Shown here piece by piece: positions 27,551-34,683 of a stretch of DNA of 64,000 nt. A model generated the notes under the pieces. The model was not told the origin of the DNA, made no database searches, and saw only the letters and a program-made list of their open reading frames with translations. Made by a program: the position numbers and the translations under genes. The stretch is from a virus, in the IMG/VR virus record IMGVR_UViG_3300045988_168552; one strand, 5' to 3'. Position 1 is the stretch's first letter, and each line of letters begins with the position of its first letter.

Positions 27551-28129
27551 ATGGCAGAAACAGTAACATGCCCAGAGATCAAAGATTTGCTTTCCGAGAA
27601 CGATTGCTTGGAAAACTTCGGCGGTCTTGGCGTAAACGTATATGTCTTTATCAAGAGTGAGCTTGCTGCTCCTCTCTCACCAGAGAAAGGTAAGAACACC
27701 TATGCAGTGCTGACTGCTGCGTCCTTCAAGAAAGGTAAGGGCCTCTACAAGTTTGAGTGCCAGGATGGCGGTCAGGGTCACACCTGGGAGAACCTCGGTT
27801 ACCAGAAGGGTTTTAAGCAGACCTTGGACTACGTTCTTGAGAGCGTAAATGCCGATACTGCTTATGTGGCTCGTGGTCTCAATAATCTCAAGTGTGGTTA
27901 TATCATCGAGGACGGTGATAAATCAATCATCGTTTATGACAAGCAGCACGACTTCAAGTACGACTCCGGTAATATTAAAGGAGACACGGGCAAAAAACCA
28001 GAAGATGATCGTGTAGTCACACTGAGCGGTTCCCTCAGTCCGACAACGTTTGGCCGTTATGAGATTGCCACACCAGAAAGTGGCTGGGATTCTCTCTGTA
28101 ATGGCGCAGGCACAGCGGGGGAAGTGTAA
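27551..28129 (+). CDS. virion-module protein of unknown role (possible tail tube or head accessory)
   Basis: ORF track. Placed by position after the capsid gene; no motif recognised. Confidence 0.55.
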   Translation: MAETVTCPEIKDLLSENDCLENFGGLGVNVYVFIKSELAAPLSPEKGKNTYAVLTAASFKKGKGLYKFECQDGGQGHTWENLGYQKGFKQTLDYVLESVNADTAYVARGLNNLKCGYIIEDGDKSIIVYDKQHDFKYDSGNIKGDTGKKPEDDRVVTLSGSLSPTTFGRYEIATPESGWDSLCNGAGTAGEV

Positions 28130-28292
28130 GCGGAACTGACAAGAGCGATACCAATTCCGCTTCCCGGCAGTCATCTAAGCGGAGCAAGCAGGTAGCATCT
28201 ATCAATGATGAAACCTCTACGCCCGGCGAGAACGATGAATAATCGCTCCCATATCCAATGCGTTCCATTGGCAATTTACTCTATAAATCAAA

Positions 28293-28340
28293 GCCTCGGT
28301 ATTGATCCTTAATAAAATAAGGCAAGATACCGGGGCTTTT
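28293..28340 (+). terminator. long hairpin terminator
   Basis: GCCTCGGTAT ... ATACCGGGGC (one mismatch) followed by TTTT. Confidence 0.6.
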
Positions 28341-28436
28341 CGCATTTAAAACTGCACATATCTTTCATTTTTTTAAATCTTATCCCATAATTAGATTTTT
28401 TTATGCAAAATGCGTTTCCGCATAGAATATTTTTCT

Positions 28437-28444
28437 TATTTTTG
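28437..28444 (+). promoter_or_regulatory. -7 box TAttTTTG for the LysR gene
   Basis: 48 nt upstream of 28493. Confidence 0.5.
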
Positions 28445-28492
28445 CAGCATAAAATTTTAATTTATATAGTGTAACTAAAATAGTAAGAGATT

Positions 28493-29398
28493 ATGGAGCT
28501 AAGACATTTACGTTCGTTTGTGTATGTTGCAGAGACGCTTTCTTTCAGCATCGCCGCCTCCCGATGCTTTGTCACCCAATCCGCCATCAGTCAGCACATC
28601 AAGGCTCTGGAGGATGAACTGGGATGCAAGCTGCTGATACGCACATCGCACAGCATCATGCTCACCGAGAACGGGGAGGCACTTCTGCCACGTGCCAAGG
28701 AAATACTGAAGTTGGCGGAAGACTGCAAGGAGCATATCAATGCACTCAACAATTGCATGACCGGAGAACTGCGCATCGGTGTAGGTTCCTTTATCGCACC
28801 CTATATTCGTGTGGCTGCACTTATATTCATGGAGCGATACCCTAACGTAAGGGTGAATGCCGAATTTACCAAGGCAACGAGCCTGAACCGCCTGTTGCGA
28901 GACCACATGCTGGATCTCGCTTTTACGATGAACGAAGCCTATACCAACGAGGGCATCGAGAGCCATCCCTGCATCCCATTCAGTATTTGTGCCATCATGC
29001 GAAACACACACCCTCTTGCCAGGAAAGATAAGGTAACATACGATGACCTGCTGAAGCATGGCATCATCATGCCCGATGTAGGCGAACGTGTTTTCAACAC
29101 TTTTCAGCAATATTTGCAGAACGATCTCACCAAATTAAGCGTAAAGTGTATTCTCAGCGACCCCGACGAAGACCTTGCCATCATAGAAGATACTCACCTG
29201 GTTACTTTTATGCCGAAGCTGTATCTGAAGAACCACCCTACCCTTATAGCTCGCCCTATCCTGGGCATAGGAGAAGAACTGATGAGTAATGCCCACTGGA
29301 TGAAGGATGTACCTATGAAACGTTCGTCACAACTCTTCCTCGACATTATCAGGGACGAAGCCATCCCGTATATCAAGGCTTTGGAAGAAACCATGTAG
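28493..29398 (+). CDS. LysR-family transcriptional regulator
   Basis: N-terminal winged HTH 'LRHLRSFVYVAETLSFSIAASRCFVTQSAISQHIKALEDELGCKLLIRTSHSIMLTENGEALL'. The 301-aa length is typical of HTH plus substrate-binding domain. Confidence 0.9.
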   Translation: MELRHLRSFVYVAETLSFSIAASRCFVTQSAISQHIKALEDELGCKLLIRTSHSIMLTENGEALLPRAKEILKLAEDCKEHINALNNCMTGELRIGVGSFIAPYIRVAALIFMERYPNVRVNAEFTKATSLNRLLRDHMLDLAFTMNEAYTNEGIESHPCIPFSICAIMRNTHPLARKDKVTYDDLLKHGIIMPDVGERVFNTFQQYLQNDLTKLSVKCILSDPDEDLAIIEDTHLVTFMPKLYLKNHPTLIARPILGIGEELMSNAHWMKDVPMKRSSQLFLDIIRDEAIPYIKALEETM

Positions 29399-29401
29399 TT
29401 G

Positions 29402-29445
29402 GTACCAAAGTACATTTGTACTTATGTACTTCTGCACGTTTGTAC
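29402..29445. repeat. G(T/C)AC x6 at exact 8-bp period
   Basis: GTAC at 29402, 29410, 29418, 29426 and 29442; GCAC at 29434. Starts 4 nt after the LysR stop. Confidence 0.75.
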
Positions 29446-29536
29446 TTTTTCTTATCTGTCTATTAGTGTTCCTGCTTCATGATTTATCAGCAAGAACATC
29501 TAATGAAAATCACTTTTCAGTTTACTTCATTCATGT

Positions 29537-29544
29537 TACCTTTG
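29537..29544 (+). promoter_or_regulatory. -7 box TAccTTTG
   Basis: 41 nt upstream of 29586. Confidence 0.5.
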
Positions 29545-29585
29545 CATACGATTCCGATATTGGAAGAATTTAAACACAAAAAACT

Positions 29586-30098
29586 ATGCAGGTAAAAACG
29601 AATGATGGCAACTATGATGTTGCCAGCAAGGGATTGGGTAATACCGCCCTTGGACTTGGTATCGCAGGTTTGGCTACCAGTTTGCTGGGTGGCGGTGCAT
29701 CCTTGTTTAACCTCGGCAGAGGCAACAATGGCATGACTGCCAATCCGAGTGATCCGGATGCACGCTTCGTAACCAAGGGTGAGGCCAACCTTATGCAGGA
29801 GAACTCTACATTGAAGACTGAACTGGCTATCCAGAAGAGCGAGAACTATGCCGACAAGAAGATGGTAGAGATAACTCAGTATCTCGACGGTAAGGTTCGC
29901 CAGCTCGAAAACAAGGTGGATGCCAACAAGGATGCACAGCAGGCGGTCAACGCAGAGCAGATGGCATATAATGCCGCTGCCAACGCCAACATCGACGTGC
30001 TGAAATCGCAGGTGGCTTCACTCACGAGTGTTACCAAGCTGATGATTCCATCGGGCAATGTTTGTCAGATGGGATGCGGATGCGCTTGTAATCAGTAA
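29586..30098 (+). CDS. membrane-anchored coiled-coil protein with C-terminal Cys cluster
   Basis: Hydrophobic Gly-rich 'ALGLGIAGLATSLLGGG', a central coiled coil, and the terminal 'CQMGCGCACNQ'. Confidence 0.55.
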   Translation: MQVKTNDGNYDVASKGLGNTALGLGIAGLATSLLGGGASLFNLGRGNNGMTANPSDPDARFVTKGEANLMQENSTLKTELAIQKSENYADKKMVEITQYLDGKVRQLENKVDANKDAQQAVNAEQMAYNAAANANIDVLKSQVASLTSVTKLMIPSGNVCQMGCGCACNQ

Positions 30099-30128
30099 CC
30101 GTATTTTCGGATAAAAGGAAGAAACGAT

Positions 30129-30551
30129 ATGGATTACAAGAACTCGCAAATCCTGGCAGCGGTAGTGTCCGAATGGGCACGCCCTGCCATCTCTCAGATA
30201 GCGGCTGGCAATCTGATGCACTTGCCTATGCTACAGTCTCTCCAGGCTACCATCGGCAGCATGGGACTGGTGAGCGGCAACTATTCTCTGCAAGCCGATA
30301 TAGAACCGATGATTCAGCCTGTGGTCAATGCGCTTGTCACCCCGATGCTCGCCAAGTATTTCGGTAACATTCCCGAAGAGAGCATTCCGCAGATGGCGCA
30401 CGATGTGGTAGAGCAGCTTCGCTACAAAGGACCGCTCTCTATCCTGGAGGGTGTGATAACCTTTGACGAGGAGGATCTTGACGAACTCGCCGACCTTCTT
30501 CAGAAGAACCTTCCGGTAGAGAAGACCCAGGGCTATCAAGTGAAACATTAA
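30129..30551 (+). CDS. hypothetical protein
   Basis: ORF track; no motif recognised. Confidence 0.55.
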   Translation: MDYKNSQILAAVVSEWARPAISQIAAGNLMHLPMLQSLQATIGSMGLVSGNYSLQADIEPMIQPVVNALVTPMLAKYFGNIPEESIPQMAHDVVEQLRYKGPLSILEGVITFDEEDLDELADLLQKNLPVEKTQGYQVKH

Positions 30552-30592
30552 TGCGGCGGTGAAGTCGTCGCTCTATTAAAACAGAAAAGAGT

Positions 30593-31015
30593 ATGAACAA
30601 AAGAACAATTCCAGCCTGCATCATGGCTACGCTTGCAGTAGGTGCAACCGCCACTGCTCCCTATTATGATGTAAATATCACGCAGCAGCTCTGTGCTCCT
30701 TCATGCGTGGACGAGACTCCGGTTTTCAACCCTCAGTTCTCTGTAAAGAGTATTGACAACGTGGGTACTTCGCAATATCTCATAACCATTCACGTAGAGG
30801 GTGTTATCAGTTACGTGCCTTGCAACTGTGGCTCCTGCTGCACCCGCTCGCAGGTAGTAAGTCAGGATTTCACCATTCCTGTCTTCTCTGCTACGGCAAT
30901 CACGAACGTTACCACATCTCTTGGCAGCGTGAAAAACCGTCTTGTCAAGGTAGCCTGCTGCTCCTGCAGCAAGACTTTCGTGTGCGATGCTCCTTTAACG
31001 CTCACCATCGCATGA
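30593..31015 (+). CDS. secreted Cys-rich protein (11 Cys in 140 aa)
   Basis: Signal-peptide-like N-terminus 'MNKRTIPACIMATLAVGATATA'. Clusters CNCGSCC and CCSCS. Confidence 0.55.
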   Translation: MNKRTIPACIMATLAVGATATAPYYDVNITQQLCAPSCVDETPVFNPQFSVKSIDNVGTSQYLITIHVEGVISYVPCNCGSCCTRSQVVSQDFTIPVFSATAITNVTTSLGSVKNRLVKVACCSCSKTFVCDAPLTLTIA

Positions 31016-31047
31016 CTATCCACCAACAAAAGGAAAGGTAAGAAACG

Positions 31048-31179
31048 ATGAAGTATATTCAGTTGATAGATCAAGCCCGCGCTCACGGCGTGGCTACCGA
31101 GAAGAAGATGATGGAGGCGATGGAGCAGTTGAGCTGCGACCTCGCCTCCCTGGAGGAAACAAATCCGGAATTGTACTGA
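31048..31179 (+). CDS. short ORF (43 aa), in frame with 31204..31548 across a single TGA
   Basis: ATG 31048, TGA 31177-31179. No other stop lies between it and 31204 in the same frame. Confidence 0.35.
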   Translation: MKYIQLIDQARAHGVATEKKMMEAMEQLSCDLASLEETNPELY

Positions 31180-31203
31180 TGCATCCTCCGTCACCAGCAC
31201 GCA

Positions 31204-31548
31204 GTGTTCTATGATCGTCATTACAGTGAGAAAATGGCCAACCATGATGTCTGCCATCTTGTGTACAGCAAGAAAGGCGAGAATGGCGAATTGGTAGGAA
31301 CCGGGGCGCATTGGACCAAATCGCAGATAGCGAATGCCACCAAAGGCATGAAGTTCCGTGAAAAGGTGAACGATTGGGATAAGTATGTTGCCTTCAATGC
31401 CATGTATGCTGACCTGTGCAGCGATATGACAGAAGATGAAATCATCAGGGCAGCTTATCTCTTCTATTTCCAGGACGCTGACTGGCAACCCGAAGAAGAC
31501 GATTGTACTAAGATATGGGACTATATGTCCGCTCACGCTACGATGTAG
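31204..31548 (+). CDS. hypothetical protein (GTG start in track); possibly the 3' part of a 166-codon gene
   Basis: ORF track. Shares its frame with 31048..31179. Confidence 0.5.
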   Translation: MFYDRHYSEKMANHDVCHLVYSKKGENGELVGTGAHWTKSQIANATKGMKFREKVNDWDKYVAFNAMYADLCSDMTEDEIIRAAYLFYFQDADWQPEEDDCTKIWDYMSAHATM

Positions 31549-31697
31549 TTTGTTTTGAACTAGGTAATATAGATTTCGCACTAGCGAGTGCAAGTATTTA
31601 AAGTAAAAAGATTGGGATAACATTTTTTGAAGCCTCTTTGCGCCTGTAAAAGCCGCAGGGAGGCTTTCTTTGTCCCCATCATCTTTTTAGCATTTGC

Positions 31698-31705
31698 TAT
31701 CTTTG
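31698..31705 (+). promoter_or_regulatory. -7 box TAtcTTTG
   Basis: 33 nt upstream of the endolysin ATG. Confidence 0.5.
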
Positions 31706-31738
31706 CCATCAGAATAAAAACGATAAAACAGAAAAGAT

Positions 31739-32293
31739 ATGGCAAAGATTCAACCTCTTGCAGATTTCATCCTCTCCTTCGAGGGAGGTTACGTCAACCA
31801 CCCCAACGACAAGGGCGGTCCTACCAACATGGGTGTAACCCTCAAAACCTGGCAGACCCAAGGCTACGACAAGAACGGTGATGGTCGCATAGACGCAAAG
31901 GACGTGAAGCTCATTACAAAAGCCGATGCTATCTCCATCCTTCGCCGTTGCTACTGGAACCGATGGAAAGCCGATGCTATCAAAGACCAGAGCATCGCCA
32001 ACATCCTGGTAGATTGGGTATGGCTTAGTGGTACCCCAGGCATCACCCTCGTACAGGCAATGCTGGGAGTAACCGCCGATGGTATCGTAGGCAACAGAAC
32101 CCTCAAGGCGCTCAACGACCAGAACCCTAAGAAGTTTTTCGAGCGCATTAAGGCACGCCGCAAGCAGTATATCGCACGCGTCTTCGCCAAGCGTCCTAGC
32201 CAGAAAGAATTTGAGGCAGGCTGGCTCCGTCGCCTCAATGCCATCAGTTACGGCAGTCTCATCACCAATGGTGGAATGGAAATAAGTTTTTAA
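31739..32293 (+). CDS. endolysin, GH108 N-acetylmuramidase with PG_binding_3-like C-terminus
   Basis: 'SFEGGYVNHPNDKGGPTNMGVT' (EGGY..D.GG.T..G signature). 'ADGIVGNRTLKAL' peptidoglycan-binding-like segment. Confidence 0.85.
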   Translation: MAKIQPLADFILSFEGGYVNHPNDKGGPTNMGVTLKTWQTQGYDKNGDGRIDAKDVKLITKADAISILRRCYWNRWKADAIKDQSIANILVDWVWLSGTPGITLVQAMLGVTADGIVGNRTLKALNDQNPKKFFERIKARRKQYIARVFAKRPSQKEFEAGWLRRLNAISYGSLITNGGMEISF

Positions 32294-32314
32294 CAATAAA
32301 TAGATAAAAGATTT

Positions 32315-32926
32315 ATGGCAAGTTACAATGGAAACATCGACCTTTTGGCTCTGAATGGAGCCAAGGTCTTAGTAGGTATCGATGAGAAGAATGCGCAGCG
32401 TCCTTACGTCTGCATTCCTATCGATGTGAACGAAATTCGAGTAGATACATCAAAGAATGATGCAAGTAAAACTCAGGCAAAACTGAGAGTTAACATCTGG
32501 CCTTTCAATGAGGCGTACAAGAATAAGATTCGCCAGAGTGCAGCCGAGCGTGGCGATACCCAGGTGAGTGTACCAACCCACGAAATGCAGCTCTCGTTCT
32601 CCACCGAGTACGTCAAGGCAGTAGCCAAGGCATTCCCGAAACTCGTAGAGCAAGTAAAGGAAGCCAACAAGGATCGAGACCCCGACATCGTAAATCAGGA
32701 TTTCAACGATGAGAACTCTCACCTCTTCAAGGCAATCCGCACCCGCATGAATAAGCGCATCGCCAGTCTCTATCAGCCACAGCCTACCGCCCAGCAGCAG
32801 ACGTACCCACAGCAAGCCTACGGAGCCGCTGGCAACGCTACCGCCTATGTGCTGCCAGCAGATGGAGGCAATGATTACTCTTCAATGCCAGGTTACGATG
32901 ATCCTAACAGCGACCTGCCATTCTAG
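32315..32926 (+). CDS. single-stranded DNA-binding-like protein
   Basis: A Q/P/G/Y-rich disordered tail ends in the acidic tip 'DDPNSDLPF' (compare the E. coli SSB terminus DDDIPF). Confidence 0.5.
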   Translation: MASYNGNIDLLALNGAKVLVGIDEKNAQRPYVCIPIDVNEIRVDTSKNDASKTQAKLRVNIWPFNEAYKNKIRQSAAERGDTQVSVPTHEMQLSFSTEYVKAVAKAFPKLVEQVKEANKDRDPDIVNQDFNDENSHLFKAIRTRMNKRIASLYQPQPTAQQQTYPQQAYGAAGNATAYVLPADGGNDYSSMPGYDDPNSDLPF

Positions 32927-32930
32927 CCAC

Positions 32931-32954
32931 TGTTCCCAGTGATTCTATCGCTGG
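32931..32954 (+). repeat. CCAGCGA hairpin element, copy with U-G wobble
   Basis: 'TGTTCCCAGTGATTCTATCGCTGG'. The left arm CCAGTGA keeps pairing only as RNA of the plus strand. Confidence 0.8.
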
Positions 32955-32976
32955 TCTTCTCTTAATATATAAGAAT

Positions 32977-34083
32977 ATGCAAGAACAGATAAACCTTACC
33001 ATCCCCCGCGGCTGGAATCAATGCACCCCTTCCCAGCTAGAGCAGATTGCCCTCATCATGCTGGAGCAGATAGAGAAATCCAAGGCAGACCGCTATCACC
33101 CCTTCGATATGCAGAAGGTGAAGGTAGCCGTCTTCTTCCTCTTTGCCGGGATAAGCATCAATGCCTATCCCGACCCTCGTCTGCCTATCAATGAGCAGCA
33201 CTACCTGGTAAGCATAGAGCCGCAGAAGAAGAGCCTCCTGAAGAAGCTCCTCACCATCTGTACCCCCATTCCCAGCGATTCTATCGCTGGTACCCAATCG
33301 GCTATCCACTTCCCCCTCTATCTCTGGCAGCTCAACTATTGGCTCTCTCCGAAAGCCAAGACCGATGATAAGACCTCCCCTGAGTACATCGCTCAGGGCG
33401 CAGGTCTTCTCGATTGGCTGGATGCAGATAGTGGCAATTTCCTCACCCGCTTCCCCTATCCATCAATCCGTCAGAAATCCAAGTGGTATCGTCGTGCAAA
33501 AGCTTTCCGCGGTCCTAACATCGATCTCGATGGTTTCTCCTGGCAGCAGTACCGTTTTGCCAGCGACATGATGCAGACCTACACCAAGTTAAGCAATAAC
33601 CTGGTAAAGATGAAGAAGATGGATAAATTCACCGAGGAACAACTCCAGACGCAAGCCCAGAGTGTAGCCAGCGCCAGAAACATGTTCCTTGCCACCATCT
33701 TCAACACCACCACCCAATATATCGACCCGACAACAGGTATCACAAAATATGATTTTCACTACGAGTCGAAGCAGTTCACCGAGAACGCAGGTTATTTCGT
33801 CAATTATCCGGAAGCCAACTGGCAGGTCATCCTCTTCTGGTGGAGCGGCATCATGCACACCCTAGCCCGTCGCTACCCTCACGTATTCAAGGTGCAGAAG
33901 GTAAACAACAGCAAGCCGCAAACCCCGATGGAAATCTACACCGCCACCACCGCCACGATGCAGAAGTATGCCGGCTTAACGGAAGATCAGGTCAACACCC
34001 AATCCTACTCCCTCGTTCTTGAACATCTCGAAAGGTTGTCGAAAGAGAATGAGGAAGTGGAAAAAATGAGGAGAGGAAAATGA
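32977..34083 (+). CDS. hypothetical protein (368 aa) carrying an in-frame copy of the hairpin element
   Basis: ORF track. The element at 33263-33290 is translated as 'PIPSDSIAG'. Confidence 0.55.
   Translation: MQEQINLTIPRGWNQCTPSQLEQIALIMLEQIEKSKADRYHPFDMQKVKVAVFFLFAGISINAYPDPRLPINEQHYLVSIEPQKKSLLKKLLTICTPIPSDSIAGTQSAIHFPLYLWQLNYWLSPKAKTDDKTSPEYIAQGAGLLDWLDADSGNFLTRFPYPSIRQKSKWYRRAKAFRGPNIDLDGFSWQQYRFASDMMQTYTKLSNNLVKMKKMDKFTEEQLQTQAQSVASARNMFLATIFNTTTQYIDPTTGITKYDFHYESKQFTENAGYFVNYPEANWQVILFWWSGIMHTLARRYPHVFKVQKVNNSKPQTPMEIYTATTATMQKYAGLTEDQVNTQSYSLVLEHLERLSKENEEVEKMRRGK
33263..33290 (+). repeat. CCAGCGA hairpin element, intragenic copy
   Basis: 'CCCCCATTCCCAGCGATTCTATCGCTGG'. Confidence 0.8.
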
Positions 34084-34211
34084 TAGACGTAAAGGTATCT
34101 GTACATCCTTTGAGTCATAAACAGAAATGGAAGAAATGGGCGGGGCTTTCTCCTGCACTCAGAGCCACCGATTACAAATGCCCACACTGCATAAGGATAG
34201 AGTATGAATAA
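34080..34211 (+). CDS. C5-MTase target-recognition-domain (TRD)-like mini-ORF a (43 aa)
   Basis: MIDVKVSVHPLSHKQKWKKWAGLSPALRATDYKCPHCIRIEYE. ATGA overlap with the upstream stop. Ends in TATGAATAA, which contains the next ATG. Confidence 0.5.
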   Translation: MIDVKVSVHPLSHKQKWKKWAGLSPALRATDYKCPHCIRIEYE

Positions 34212-34335
34212 CCATCGTTTTTACCAATATCCACGAGGCGAGAATAAGGGCGGTATTCTAAATACGGATCTCTGCCCTACCATTACCATCAATGCGTGGG
34301 AGCAGAACGTTTTTCTGATAAAGAAATATGAGTAA
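34204..34335 (+). CDS. TRD-like mini-ORF b (43 aa)
   Basis: MNNHRFYQYPRGENKGGILNTDLCPTITINAWEQNVFLIKKYE. 8-nt overlaps on both sides. Confidence 0.5.
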   Translation: MNNHRFYQYPRGENKGGILNTDLCPTITINAWEQNVFLIKKYE

Positions 34336-34654
34336 TAACAACCAACCTCAATACAAGCGAGGAACGATTATCAAGAACGGAAAGAGATATGGCTTTTATC
34401 CCGATGGTTCTCTCTATCGGATATACTCCACCTCTGACCGTCCGTTTCTTGAAATCGTGGATATAGAAGGTAAAACCTTCCTGCGCATCCGTCAGGCGAC
34501 AGAGCAAGGCTATACCGATTGCCCTGCACCCGGTGCAGCCGATTTGAATTACCCTACCTCCGCATTAAGACGTAGCCGCACGGTAGGGGGTGGTAAATTA
34601 GTAAATGCACTCACGGCTGCCAGTAGCAATCCGTTTGTGTTTGTAGAATTATAA
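34328..34654 (+). CDS. TRD-like ORF c (108 aa)
   Basis: 'NYPTSALRRSRTVGGGKLVNALTAASSNPFVFVEL' resembles the segment that precedes motif IX in C5-MTases. Confidence 0.55.
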   Translation: MSNNNQPQYKRGTIIKNGKRYGFYPDGSLYRIYSTSDRPFLEIVDIEGKTFLRIRQATEQGYTDCPAPGAADLNYPTSALRRSRTVGGGKLVNALTAASSNPFVFVEL

Positions 34655-34683
34655 ACAAAAAAAGATTTATAGAGCAAAACAAA

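Noticed and set aside
30862-31623. 253-aa minus-strand ORF across the 31048-31548 region, and 31709..32296 opposite the endolysin
   Set aside because: The endolysin signature is unambiguous on the plus strand. The minus ORFs lack start context and look like shadows.
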